Assembly (NCBI RefSeq): GCF_009914755.1
Contig: NC_060935.1
Source of the DNA: the human T2T-CHM13v2.0 reference genome, Homo sapiens
Reading direction: 5' to 3' (one strand)
Length of the DNA stretch: 64,000 bases
Positions within the stretch are counted from its first letter, which is position 1. Each line of letters starts with the position of its first letter. Made by a program: the position numbers and the translations under genes. Below the pieces are notes generated by a model. The model searched no databases, was not told where the DNA came from, and was given only the letters and a program-made list of their open reading frames with translations. Shown piece after piece: positions 30,880-46,700 of the stretch.

Positions 30880-33800
30880 TAGAATCTTTTCAGAGGTACT
30901 TGGGAGTGCTTTGATGTCTATGGTGAAAAAGGAAATGTGTTTAGATGAAAACTAGAAAAAAGTTTTCTGAGAAACTGCTTTGTGATGTGTGCATTCATCT
31001 CACAGAGTTAAATCTTTCTTTGGATTCATGAATTTGGAAACACTTTTTTTGTAAAATCCATGAAGGGATATTTGTGAGTTCATTGAAGCCAAAGGACAAA
31101 AAATGAATATCCCAGGATAAAAACTAGAAGGAAGCCATCTGAGAAACCGCTTTGTGATGTGTGCATACACCTTACAGTGTTAAACATTTCTTTTCATTCA
31201 GCAGTTTGGAAACAATGTTTTCATAGACTCTGTGAAGTGATATCTGGGAGCAATTTGAGGCCTATAATGAAAAAGGAAATATCTTCAGATCAAAACTATA
31301 AAGAAGCATTCTGAGGAACTGCTTTATGATGTGTGCCTTCATCTCACAGAGTTAAACCTTTCTTTGGATTCAGCAGTTTGGAAACACTGTTGTTGTTGAA
31401 TCTATGAAGGGATATGTGGGAGCTCACTGAGGCCAATGGTGAAAAAGAAAATACAATCAGATAAAAACTGTAAAGAAGCTTTCTTAGAAACTGTTTTGTG
31501 ACGTATGCTTCATCTCACAGAGTTACACCTTTCTTTGAATTTAGCATTTTGGAAACACTGTTTTTGTAGAATCTGTGAATGGATATTAGATAGCTCATAG
31601 AGGCCACAGATGAAAAAGCAAATATCTCAGTTTAAAAACTAGAAGGAAGCTATCTGAGAATCCAATTTGTGATGTTTGCATTCATCTCACAGAGTTAAAC
31701 CTTTATTTACATTAAGCCCTTTGGAAACATTGTTTTGGTAGGATCAGATAAAAACTAGAAAGAAGGTTTCTGAGAAATTGCTTTGTGACATGTGAATTTA
31801 TCTCACAGAGTTAAACCTTTCTTTGGATTCAGCAGTTTAGAAACACTGTTTTTGTAGAATCTGCTAAGGGATTTTTAAGAGCTCATTGAGGACAAAGGTG
31901 AAAAAGCAAATATCTCAATATAAAAAGTAGAAGGAAGCTATCTGAGAAACGTTGCGTGATGTGTGCATTCGTCTCACAGAGTTAAACCTTTCTTTTCATT
32001 CAGAAGTTTGGAAACACTTTTGGTAGATTCTGTGAAGGGATATCAGCGAGTGCATTGAGGACTATGGTGAAAAAGGAAATACCTTCTGATAAAAACTAGA
32101 AAGAAACTTTCTGATAAACCGCTTCATGATGTGTGCATTCATTTCACAAAGTTAAACCTTTCTTTTGATTCACCTGTTTGGAAACACTGTTTTCTTATAA
32201 CCTGTGAAGGGGTATTTCGGGGCTTGTTGAGGCCAAAAGCAAAAAAGCAAATATCTCAGGATAAAAAGTAGAAGGATCTATCTGAGAAATCACTTTGTGG
32301 TGTGCACATTCATCTCACAGAGTTAAACCTTTCTTTCTATTCAGCAGTTTGGAAACACTGTTTTGGTAGAATCTGCAAAGGGATAGTTGGGAGCCCATTG
32401 AGGCCTATGGTGAAATAGGAAATAACTTCAGTTAAAGACTACAAAGAAGCTTTCTGAGAAAACACTTTCCATTGTATGCATTCATCTCATTGAAGTAAAC
32501 TTTTCTTTGGATTCAGCAGTTTGGATACACAGTTTTTGTAGATTCTGCAAAGGTATACTTGATAGCTCATTGAGGCCACAGGTGAAAAAGTGAATATCCC
32601 AGGATAAAAATTAGGAGGAAGCAACCTGAGAAATCACTTTGTGATGTGTTCATTTTCTCACAGAGTTTAAAATTACTTTTCATTCAGCAGTTTGTATACA
32701 CAGTTTTTGTGGAATCTGCGAAGGGATTTTAGGAAGCTCATTGCCACCTATGGTGTAGAAAAAAATAACTTCAGATAAATACAAGAAAGGAGATTTCTGA
32801 GAAACTACTTTCTGATGTGTGCATTCATTTTACAGAGTTAAACCTTTCTTTGTATTTAGCAGTCTGGAACCACTGTTTTTGTAGAATCTGCAGAGGGATA
32901 TTTGGGAGCTCATTGAGGCCAAAGGTGAAAAGAGAATATCTCAGGATAAAAAAATAGAAGGAAGCTATCTGAGAATCATCTTTGTGATGTGTGCATTCAT
33001 CTCACAGAGTTAAACCTTTCTTTTCATCCAGCAGTTTGGAAATACTGTTTTGGTAGAATGTGTGAAAGGATATTTGGGAGTGCATTGAGGTATTTAGTGA
33101 AAAAGGAAATATCTCCAGAAAAAAACAGGAAAGAAGCTTTCTGAGAAACTGCTTTTTGATGTGTGAATTCATTTCACAGCTTTAAAAATTTATTTTCTTT
33201 CAGCAGTTGTGAAACACCTGTTTCAGTAGAATCTGTGAAGGGATATTTGGGAGCGCATTGAGGCCTATGGTGAAAAAGGAAATATCTTCAAATAAAAACT
33301 AGAAAGAAGATATTTGAGAGACTACTTTGTGATGTGTGCATTCATTTCACATAGTTGAAACTTTCTTGGGATTCAGCAGTTTGTAAACACTGTTTTTGTG
33401 GAATTTGCAAAGGGATATTTGATAGCTCATGGAGGCCAATGGTGAAAACATGCACATCTCAGTATAAAAACTGGAAAGGAAATATCTGAGAAACCACTTT
33501 GTGATGTATGTATTCAATTCACAGTTAAACCTTTATTTTCATTCAGCAGTTTGGGAACACTGTTTCAGTAGAATCTGTGAAGGGATATTTGGGAGCACAT
33601 TGAGGCCTGTGGTGAAAAAGATAATATGTTGAGATTAAAAACTAGAAAAAATCCTTGTGAGAAATTGCTTTCTGATGTGTGCATTCATGTCACAGCTTTA
33701 AACTTTTCTTTGGATTCAGGAGTTTGGAAACCCTGTTTTTGTAGAATCTGCAAAGAGATATTTGGGAGCGCATTGAGGCCTAAGGTGAAAAATCGAACAT

Positions 33801-35799
33801 CACAGGAAAAAAAAAAAAACAGAATGAAGCTATCTGAGTAACTGCTTTGTGATGTGTGCCTTCATTCAGCAGAACTAAAATTTTCTTTTCCTTCAGCTGT
33901 TTGGAAACACTGTTTTGGTAGAATCTGAAGGGGACATTTGGGAGCCCATGGGGACCAATGGTAAAAAAAGGAAACATCTTCAGAAAAAACTAGAAAGAAG
34001 CTTTCTGAGAAACTACTTTGTGATGTGTGTGTTGATCTCACAGATTAAAACTTTCTTTGGGTTCAGCAGTATGGAAACACTCTATTTGTAGAATCTGCAA
34101 AGGAATATTTGGGAGCTCATTGAGGTCAAATTGAAAAAGTCAATATCCCAGGATAAAATCAAGAAGGAAGCTATATGAAAACAGCTTTGTGATGTGTGCA
34201 TTCATCTTACAGTGTTACATTTTCCTTTTCATTCAGCAGTTTGGAAACACTATTTTTTCTAAAATCTGTGATTGAATATTTGGCAGCTAATTGAAGCCTA
34301 TGGTGAAAAAGGAAATAACTTCAGATAAAAAATAGAAGCTTTCTGAGAAACTGCTTTGTGATGTGTTCATTCATTTCACAAAGTTAATCCTTCCTTTGGA
34401 TTCAGCATTTTGGAAACACTGTTTTTATCTATTCTGTGAATGGACTTTTGGGAACTCATTGAGGCCAATGATGAAAAAGTTGGTATCCCTTGATAAAAAC
34501 TAGAAGGAGGTTATCTTAGAAACCGACTGGGGACATGTGCATTCATTTCACAGGGTTAAACTTTGCTTTACATTCAGATATTTGGAAAAACTGTTTTCTT
34601 AGAATCTGTGAAGAGATATTTGGTAGTGCATTGTGGTCTAGGGTGAAAAAGGAATTTTCTTCAGATCAAAAGTAGAAAGAAGCTTAATGAGAAACTGCTT
34701 TGGGATGTGTTCATCTATCACAAGAGTTAAAGCTTTCTTTGAATTCAGAAGTTTGAAAACACAGTTTTCGTCCACTCTGCAAATGGATATTGGGGAACTT
34801 ATTGTGGCCAGGGCAAAGAAGTGAATATCACAGGTTAAAAACTAGAAGGATTTAATCTGAGAAAAAGATCTGTGATGTGTGTGTTCATCTCAAAGACTTA
34901 AACATTTCTTTTCATGCAGCAGTTTGGAAATACTGTTTTCTTAGAATGTGCAAAGAGATATTTGTTAGTGCCTTGAGGCCTATGGTGAAACACGAAATAT
35001 CTGCAGATAAATACTAGAAAGAAGCTTAATGAGAATCTGCTTTGGTTTGTGTTCATTCATTTCACAGAGTTAAAACTTCCTTTGGATTCCACAGTTTGGA
35101 AAGACTGTTTTTGTCTATTCGGCAATTGGACATTTGGGAACACGTTGAGTCCTATGGTGAAAAAGGAAATATATTCAGATAAAAATTAGAAAGAAGCTTT
35201 CTGAGAATCTGCTACATTATGTGCGCATTTACCTCACAGTGTTAAAACTTTCTTTGGATTCAGCCATATGGAAACACTGTTTTTGTCCATTCTGTGACTG
35301 GACATTTGGGATCTCATTGAGGCCAGTGGTGAAAAATGGGATATCCCAGGATAAACAATATAAGGAAGACATCTGTGAAACTGCTTTGTTTTGTGTGCAT
35401 TCATCTCGCAGAGTTAAAACTTTCTTTTCACTGAGCAGTTTGAAAGCCAGGTTTTTGTAGAATCTGTGAAGGGATATTTGGGAGCGCTTTGAGGCCTATG
35501 GTGAAAAAGGGAATATATTCAGATAAAAATTAGAAAGAAGCTTTCTGAGAAACTGCTTTGAGATGTGTTCATTCGTCTTACACAGTTAAATCTTTGTTTG
35601 GATTCAGCAGTTTGGAAACACTGTTTTTGTTCATTGCACGAATGGACATTTGGGAGCTCATTAAGGGCAATGGTGAAAAAGAGAACATCTCAGAATAAAA
35701 ACTGGAAGCACGTTATCTGAGAAACTGATTTCTGATGTGAGTATTCAACTCACAGAGTTAAAACTTGCCTTTCATTCATCAGTTTGGAAACACTGTTTT
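30877..35799 (+). repeat. Alpha satellite, sense orientation (~29 monomers)
   Basis: Continuous alphoid monomers between L1-C and L1-D. Confidence 0.99.
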
Positions 35800-37786
<1,987 letters not shown>

Positions 37787-40700
37787 TGGAAACATTGTTT
37801 TCTTAGAAACTGTGAAGAGACATTTGGAAATGTAATGAGGGGTGTAGTGAAAAAGGAAATCTCTTCAGATAAAAACTAGAAAGAACCTTTCTGAGACACT
37901 GCTTTGTGATGTGTGCATTCATCTCACAGAGTTAGTCCTTTCTTTGGTTTCAGCAATTTGGTAACACTGTTTTTGTCCATTCTGTGATGGACATTTTGGA
38001 GCTCATGGAGGCCAATTGCAAAAGAGCGAATATCCCAGGATAAAAACTAGAAGGAATTTATCTGAGAAACTGATTTGTCATGTGTGCATTCATCTAACAC
38101 AATTAAACATTTTTCATTCAGCAGTTTGGAAACACTGTTTTTGTAGAATCTGTGAAGGGATATTTGGCACTTCATTGAGGCCTATGGTGGAAAATGTAAT
38201 ACCTTCAGATAAAAACTAGAAAGAAGCTTTCTGAGAAACTGCTCTGTGATGTGTGCACTCGTCTCACAGAGTTAAAATTTTCTTTGGATTGAGCAGTTTG
38301 GAAAACTGTTTTTTTCCATTCTGTGAATGGACATTTGGGAGATCATTGAGGCCAATGGTGAAGAAGTGAATATCCCAGGATAAAAACTAGCAGGAAGATA
38401 TATGAGAAAATGCTTTGTGATGTGTGCATTCGTCTTGCAATGCTAAATATTTCTTTTCAATCATAAGTTTTGAAAGTGTTTTTGTAGAATCTGTGTAGGG
38501 ATATTTGGCAGTACAGAGTGGCCTATGTTTAAAAAAGGAAATATCTTCAGATAAACACTTAAAAGAAGCTTTCTGAGAAACTATTTTGTGATGTGTTCAT
38601 TCATCTCACAGAGTTAAATCTTTTTTTTTAATTCAGCTGTTTGGAAACACTATTTTCTTAGAATCTGTGAAAAGTCCTTTAATATTGCATTGAGGCCTAC
38701 GGTGAAAAAGGAAGTATCTTCAGATAAAAATTAGAATGAAGCTGAATTAGGAACTGCTTTGGAATGTGTGCATTCGTCTCACAGAGGGAAACATTTCTTA
38801 AGATTCAGCAGTTCAGAAACACTGTTTTTGTCCATTCTGTGAATGAATATTGGGAACACCTCGAGACCAAAGCTGTGCATTCACCTCACATTGTTCAACC
38901 TTGTTTTCATTCTGCAGTTTGGAAAGACTCTTTTATTAGAATCTGCGAGGATATATTTGATAGCCATTGAGGTTTATAGTGAAAAAGGATATATCATGAG
39001 ATATAAACTAGAAAGAAGCTTAATGAGATACTGCTTTGGGATGTGTGCATTCATCTCACAGTGTTAAAAGTTTCTTTTGATTCAGCAGTTTGGTAACACT
39101 GTTTTGTCTATTCTGCCAATAGACATTGGGGAGCTCCTTGAGGCCAATGATGAGAAACTAAATATCCCAAGATAAAGACTAGAAGGAATTATCTGAGAAA
39201 CCGATTTGTGATGTGTGCATTCATCTCAGAGATTTAAACTTTTCTTTTCACTCAGCTGATTGGAAACATGGGTTTCTTAGAATCTGCGAAGAGGTATTTG
39301 GTAGTGCATTGAGGCCTATGGTCAAAAAAGAAATATGTTCAAATCAAAGATAGAAAGAAACTTAATGAGAAACTGGTTTAGGATGTGTGCATTCATCTTC
39401 ACAGAGTTAAACCTTTTTTGAATTCAGCTGTTTGGTAACACTGTTATTGTCAATTCTGTGAGTTGACATTTGGGAGCTCTTTGAGGCCAATGGCTAAAAA
39501 GTGAATGTCCCAGGATAAAAACTAGAAGGAAGCAATCTGACAAACTGCTTTGTGATGTACACATTCATCTCACAGAGTTGAAACTTTCTTTGCATTCAGC
39601 AGTTTGAATACACCGTTTTTGTAGAATCTGCAAAGGGATATTGGGCAGGGCATTGATGCCGATGTTGAACAAAAGATATCTTCAGATGAAAACTAGAGAC
39701 CAACTTTCTGAGAAACTGCTTTGTGAGGTGTTCACTCACTTCACAGTGTTAAATCTTTCTTTGGATTCAGCAATTTGGAAACACTGTTTTTGTCCATTCT
39801 GTGAATGGACATTTGGGAGCTCATTGAGGCCAATGGAAAAAAAGCGAATATCCCATGGTTAAAAACTACAAGGAAGTTATCTGAGAAACGGATTTGTGAT
39901 GTGTGCCTTCATCTCACTGATATAACCTTTCTTTTCATTCAGCAGTTTGGAAACACTGTTTCTTAGAATCTGCGAAGAAATATTTGGTATTGCATTGAGG
40001 TCTATTATGAAAATTGAAATATCTTCAGAAAAAAACAAGAAAGAAGCTTAATGAGAAACTGTTTTTGGATGTGTGCATTCATCTCACTGAGTTAAAGCAT
40101 TCTTTTCATTCAGCACTGTGGAAACACCATTTTCTTAGAATCCACAAAGAGATATTTGGCAGCCCTTTGAGGACCATGGTGACAAAGGAAATATCTTCAG
40201 ATAAAAACTAGAAAGTAGCTTTCTGATAATCCATTTTGTGATCTGTGAATTCATCTCACAGAGTTAAACCTTTCTTTGGATTCAGCAGTTTGGAAACACT
40301 GCATTCTTAGAATCTGTGAAGAGATATTTGGCAGCGCATTTAGGTGTATGTTGAAAAAGGAAATATCTTCAGATAAATACTAGAAAGAAACTTTCTGAGA
40401 AACTGCTCTGTGATGTGTCCATTCATCCCAGAGAGTTAAACCTTTCTTTGGATTCAGCAGTTTGGAAACACTGTTTTTGTCTATTCTGTGAATAGACATT
40501 TGGGAGCTCATTGAGTTCAATGGCAAAAGAGAAAATATCCTAGGACAAAAAACTAGAAGGAAGTTATCTGAGAAACAGATTGTGATGTGTGCAGTCATCT
40601 CACAGAGTTAAAACTTTCTTTTCATTTGGCAGTTTGGAAGCACTGTTTCCTTAAAATCTGTGAAGAGACATTTGGTAACGCATTGAGGACCATGGTGAAA

Positions 40701-43700
40701 AAGGAAATATCTTCAGATAAAAACTAGCAAGAAACTTTCTGAGAAACTGCTTTGTGATGTGTTCATTCTTCTTGCAGATTTACAGCTTTCTTTGGATTCA
40801 GCAGTTTGGAAATACTGTTTTTGTCCATTTTGTGAATGGACATTTTGGAGCTCATTGAGGCCAATGGCGAAAAAGTGAATATCCCAGGATAAAAACTAGA
40901 GGGAAGTTTTCATGGAAAACGATTCATGATGTGTGCATTCATCTCACAGAGTTTAATCTTTCTTTTTATTCAGCAGTTTGGAAATAGTGTTTTCTTAAAA
41001 TCTGCCAAGAGATATTTGGAAGACTATACAGGCCTATGGTGAAAAAGGAAGTATTTTCAGATAAAAACTGGAAAGAAGTTTAATGAGAAACTTCTTTGTG
41101 ATGTGTGCCTTCATCTCAGAGAATTAAACCTTTCTTTGGATTCAGTAGTTTGGAAACACAGTTTTTGTCCATTCTGCTAAAGGGCATTTTGAAGCTCATT
41201 GTGGCCAGTGGTGAAAAAGCAAATTTCCCAGCATAAAAACTAGAAGGAAGATGTCAGGGAAACCAATTCATGACGTGTGCATTCATCTCATCGAGTTAAA
41301 TCTTTCTGTTCATTCAGTTGTTTAGAAACACTGTTTTCTTAGCATCTACAAAGAGATGTTTGGAAGAGTATGAAGGCCAATGGTGAAAAAGGGAATGTCT
41401 TCAGATAAAAACTAGAAAGAGCATAACGAGAAAATGGTTTGGGATGTGTGCATTCATCTCAGAGAGTTAAACTTGTGTTTGTATTCAGCAGGTTGGAAAC
41501 ACAGTTTTTGTCCATTCTTGGAATGGACATTTGGGAACTCATTGAGGCCAACGGTGAAAAAGCAAATATCCCAGGATAAAAATTGGAAGGAACTTATCTG
41601 AGAAACCAATTCATGATGTGTGCATTCATCTCACAGAGTTAAAATTTTCATTTCATTCAGCAGGATCGAAACACTGATTTCTTAGGATTTGCAGAGAGAC
41701 AATTGGTAGTGCATTTGGGTGAAAAAAGGTATATCTTCAGATAAAAACTAGCAAGAAGCTTTCTGAGAAACTGCTTTGTGATGTGATCATTCATCCAAAA
41801 TAGTTAAGCCATTCTTTGGATTCAGCAGTTTGGTAAAACTGTTTTCGTCCATTCTGTGAATGGATTTTTGGGAGCTCATTGAAGCCAAAGGTGAAAAAGA
41901 GAATAGCCCATGATAAAAAATGAAAGGAAGCAAGCTGAGAAACTGCTTTGTGATGTGTGCATTCACCTCACAGTGTTAAAAACTTCTTCTCATTCAGCTG
42001 TCTGGAAACATTGTTTTGGCAGAATCCAGGAAGGGATATTTGGGAGTGCGTTGAGGCCTATGGTGAAAAAGGAAACATCCTCAGAAAAAAACAAGAAAGA
42101 AGCTTTCTGAGAAACTGCTTTGTGATGTGTGCATTCATCTCACAGTGTTAAAAGTTTCTGTGGATTCAGTAGTATGGAAAACTGTTGTTGTAGAATCCTT
42201 GAAGAGATATTTTGAAGCTCTTTGAGGCCAATGGTGAAAAAGAGTATATCCCAGGATAAAAACTAGAAGAAAGCTATCTGAGGAACAGCTTTGTGATGTG
42301 TACATTCACCTCTCAGAGATAAACCTTTCTTTTCATTCAGCTGTCAGGAAACACTGTTTTGGCAGAATCTACCAAGGGATATTTGGGAATGGATAGAGGC
42401 CTATGGTGAAAAAGAAAATATCTTCAGATAAGAACTAGAAAGAAGCTTTCTGAGAAACTGTTTTTAATGTGTGCATTCATCTCATAGAGTTAAACATTTC
42501 TTTAGATTCAGTAGTTGGAAAAACATTTGTTTTAGAATCTGAGAACAGATATTTGGGAAATCATTGAGGCCAATGGTGAAATAGCAAATATCCCAATTAT
42601 AAAAACTAGAAGGAGGATATTTGAGAAACCGTCCTGTGATGTGTACATTCATCTCAAAGACTTAAATAATTCATTTCATTCAGCAGTTTAGAAACACTGT
42701 TTTCGTGGAAACTGTTAAGGGATATCTGGGAGCGTATTGAGGCCAATGGCAAAAATGGAAATGACTTCAGATAAAATCTAAAAAGAAGCTTTCTAGAAAG
42801 TCCTTTATGATGTGTGCATTTATGTCACAGAGTTAAGCCTCTCTGTGGATTCAGCAGTTTGCAAACACTGTGTTTGTCCTTTCTGTGAAAGGACATTTGC
42901 AAGCTCATTGAGGCCAATTGCAAAAAAGACAATATCCCAGGACAAAAACTGGAAGGAAGCTATCTGACAAAACACGTTGTGATGTTTGCATTCACATCGC
43001 AGAGATAAACGTTTCTTTTCATACAGCAGTCTGAAAGCACTGTTTAGGCATAATCTGTGAAGGGATATTTAGGTGTGCATTGAGGTCTATGGTGAAAAAG
43101 GAAATATCTTCAGATAAAAACAAGAAGAAGCTTTCTGAGAAACTGCTTTGAGATGTGTGCATTCATTTTGCAGTGTTAAACCTTTCTTTTCATTCAGCAG
43201 TTTGGAAACACCGTTTTTGTAGAATCTGTGAAGTGATATCTGGGAACACATTGAGACCCATAGTGAAAAAGGAAATATCTTCAGATAAAAACTATAAAGA
43301 TGCTGCCTGAGAAACTGCTTTGTCATGTGTGCACTCACTTCACAGAGTTAAAACTTTCTGTGGATTCAGCAGTTTGCAAAAACTGTTTTTGTCCATTCTG
43401 TGAATGGACATTTGGGAACTCATTGAGGCCAATGTGAGAAAGAGAATATCCCAGGATAAAAACTGGAAGGAAGCTCTCTGACAAATTGCTTTGTGATGTG
43501 TGCATTCAACTCACAGAAATAAACCTATCTTTTCATTCAGCAGCCTGGAAACACTGATTTGGCAGAATCCAGGAAGGGATACTTCTGAGTGCATTGAGGT
43601 CTTTGATGAAAAAGGACATAACTTCTGATAAAAGCAAGAAAGAAGCTTTCTGAGAAACTGATTTGTGATGTGTGTATTCATCTCACAGAGTTAAACCTTT

Positions 43701-46700
43701 CTTTTCATTCGGCAATTTGGAAACACTCTTTTCATAGAAACTGTGAAGTGATAACTGGGAGTGCATTAAGTCCTATGGTGAAAAAGGAAATATCTTCATA
43801 TAAAAAGTACAAAGAAGCTTTCTGAGAAACTGCTTTGAGACGTGTGCATTCATCTCAAAAGTTAAACCTTCTGTAGATTCAGCAGTTTGGAAACACTGTT
43901 GTTGTAGAATCTGCAAAGGGAAATGTGGGAATGCTTTGAGGCCAATGGCAAAAAAGCGAATATCCCAGGAAAAAAACTAGAAGGAAGCTATTTGAGAAAT
44001 TGCTTTATGATGTGTGCACTCATTTCACAGAGTTAATCCTTTCTTTTCACTCAACAGTTTGGAAATACTCTTTTCATAGAATCTGCAAAGGGATATCTGG
44101 GAGTGCATTGAAGCATGTAGTGAAAAAGGAAATATCTTCAGATAAAAACTATAAAGATGCTTTCTGAGAAACTGCTTTGTGATATGCAGATTCATCTCAG
44201 AGTTAAACCTTTCTTTGGATTCAGCAAATCAGAAACACTGTTGTTGTAGAATCTGTGAGGGGATATTTGGGAACACATTGAGGCCAGTGGTGAAAAAGTG
44301 AAAATCCCAAGATAAAAACTAGAAGGAATGTATCTGAGAAACCACTTTGTGATGTGTGCATTTATCTCACAGAGGTAAGACTTTCTTTTCATTCAGCAAT
44401 GTGGAAACACTCTTTTGGCAGAATCTGTGAAGGGATATTTAGGAGCTCATTGAGGCATATGGTTAAAAAGGAAATATCTTCAGATAAAAACTAGAAAGAA
44501 GCTTTCTGAGGAACTGCTTTGGGATGTGTGCATTCTTCTTATAGAGTTAAAACTTTCTGTAAATTCAGTATTTTGCAAACACTGTTGTTGTAGAAACTGT
44601 GTAGGGATATTTGGGAACGCATTGAGGTCAACAGTGAAAAAGCGAATATCCCTGGATAAAACTAGAAGGAAGCTATGTGAGAAACCACTTTGCAATATGT
44701 GCATTCATCTTGAACAGTTAAACCTTTCTATTCACTCAGCAGTTTGGAAACACTGTTTTCCTATAATCTACTAAGGGATATCTGGTGGTGCATTGAGGCT
44801 TATAGTGAAAAAGGAAATATCTTCAGGTAAAAACTAGAAAGAAGCTTTCTGAGAAACTGCATTGTGATGTGTCCATTCCTCTCACAAAGTTAAACCTTTC
44901 TTTGGATTCAGCAGTTTGGAGACACTGTCATTGTAGAATCTGTGAAGGGATGTTTGGGAGCTTAATGAGGCCAAAGTCGTATAACCAAATATCCCAGGAA
45001 AAAAACTAGAAGGAGACGATCTGCAAAACCGTTTTGTGATGTGTACTTTCATCTCTCAGAATTACAACTTTATTTTAAACTTTCTAGTGGATTCAGCAGT
45101 TTGTAAACACTGTTTTGGTCTATTCTGCAAATGTACATTTGGGAGATCAATGAGGCCAATGGAAAAAAATAAATATCCCAGGATAAAAAGGAGAAGGAAC
45201 CTCTGTGAGAAACGGCTTTCTGACGTGTGCATTCATCTTGCAGAGTTGAACCTTTCATTTAATTCAGCAGTTTGAAAACACTGTTTTCAAAGTATCTGCA
45301 AGGTGATATTTGGGAGTGCATTGACGCCTATGGTGAAAAAGGAAATATCTTCAGATGAAAACTACAAAGAAGCTTTCTGAGAATCTGCTTTGTGATGTGT
45401 GCATTCATTTCACAGAGTTAAACCTTTCCATGGATTCAGCAATTTGCAGACACTGTTTTTGTCCATCCTACGAATGGACATTTGGGGCTCATTGAGGCCA
45501 ATGGCAAAAAAGTGAATATCCCAGGATGAAAAATAGAAAGAAGCTATCTGCTGAGAAACCACTTTGTGAAGTGTGAATTCACCTCGCATAGTTAAAACTT
45601 TCTTTTAATACAGCAATCTGGAAACACTGTTGTGGCAGAATCTGCCAAGGGATATTTGGGAGTGCTTTGAGACCTATGGTGAAAAACTAAATAACTTCAG
45701 ATAAAAACTAGAAAGAAGCTTTCTGAGAAACTGCTTTGTGATGTGTTCATTCATCTCACAGAATTAAAACTTTCTGTGGATTGAGCAGATTGCAAACACT
45801 GTTTTTGTCCACTCTGCAAGTATACATTTTGGAGCTCTTTGAGGCCAATGGAAAAAAAATGAATATCCCAGGATAAAAACTGGAATGAAGCTGTATGAGA
45901 AACCGCTTTGTGATGTAAGCATTCATCTTGCAAGTTAAATGTTTCTTTTCATTCAGCAGTTTGAAAACACTGTTGTCGAAGAATCTGCAAAGTGATATCT
46001 GGAAGCACATTGAGGCCTATTGTGAAAAAGGAAATATCTTCAGATACAAACTAGAAGGAAGCTTTCTGAGAATCTGCTTTGTGAAGTGTTCATTCATCTC
46101 ACAGAGCTAAAACTTTATGTGGATTCAGCAACTTGCAAACACTGTTTTTGTCCATTCTGCAAATGGAGATTTGGTAGCTACTCGAGGCCAATGGTGAAAA
46201 AGTGAATATCCCAGGATAAAAAGTAGAAAAAAGCTATCTAAGAAACTGCTTTGTGATGTGTGGATTCACCTCACAGTGTTAAAATTTTCTTTTCATACAG
46301 CAGTCTGGAAAAACTATTTTGGCAGAATCCGGGAAAGGATATTTGGGAGTACATCACAGACTATGGCGAAAAAGTAAACATCTTCAGATAAAAACTAGAA
46401 AAGACGTTCTTAGAAACAGCTTTGTGATGTGTGCATTCATCTGCCAGAGTTAAACCTTTCTTTGGATTCAGCATTTTGGAAACACTGCTGTTGTAGAATC
46501 CACAAAGGGATATTTAGGAATTCTTTGAAGCCAATGGTGAAAAAATGAATATTGTAGGACAAAAACTAGAATAAAGCTATCAGAGAAACTGGTTTGTGAT
46601 GTGTGCATTCACCTCAGAGAGTTAAACCTTTCTTTTCATTCAGCTGTTTGGAAACACTCTTTTCATAGAATGTGCGAAGGGATATCTGGGAGCGCATTCA

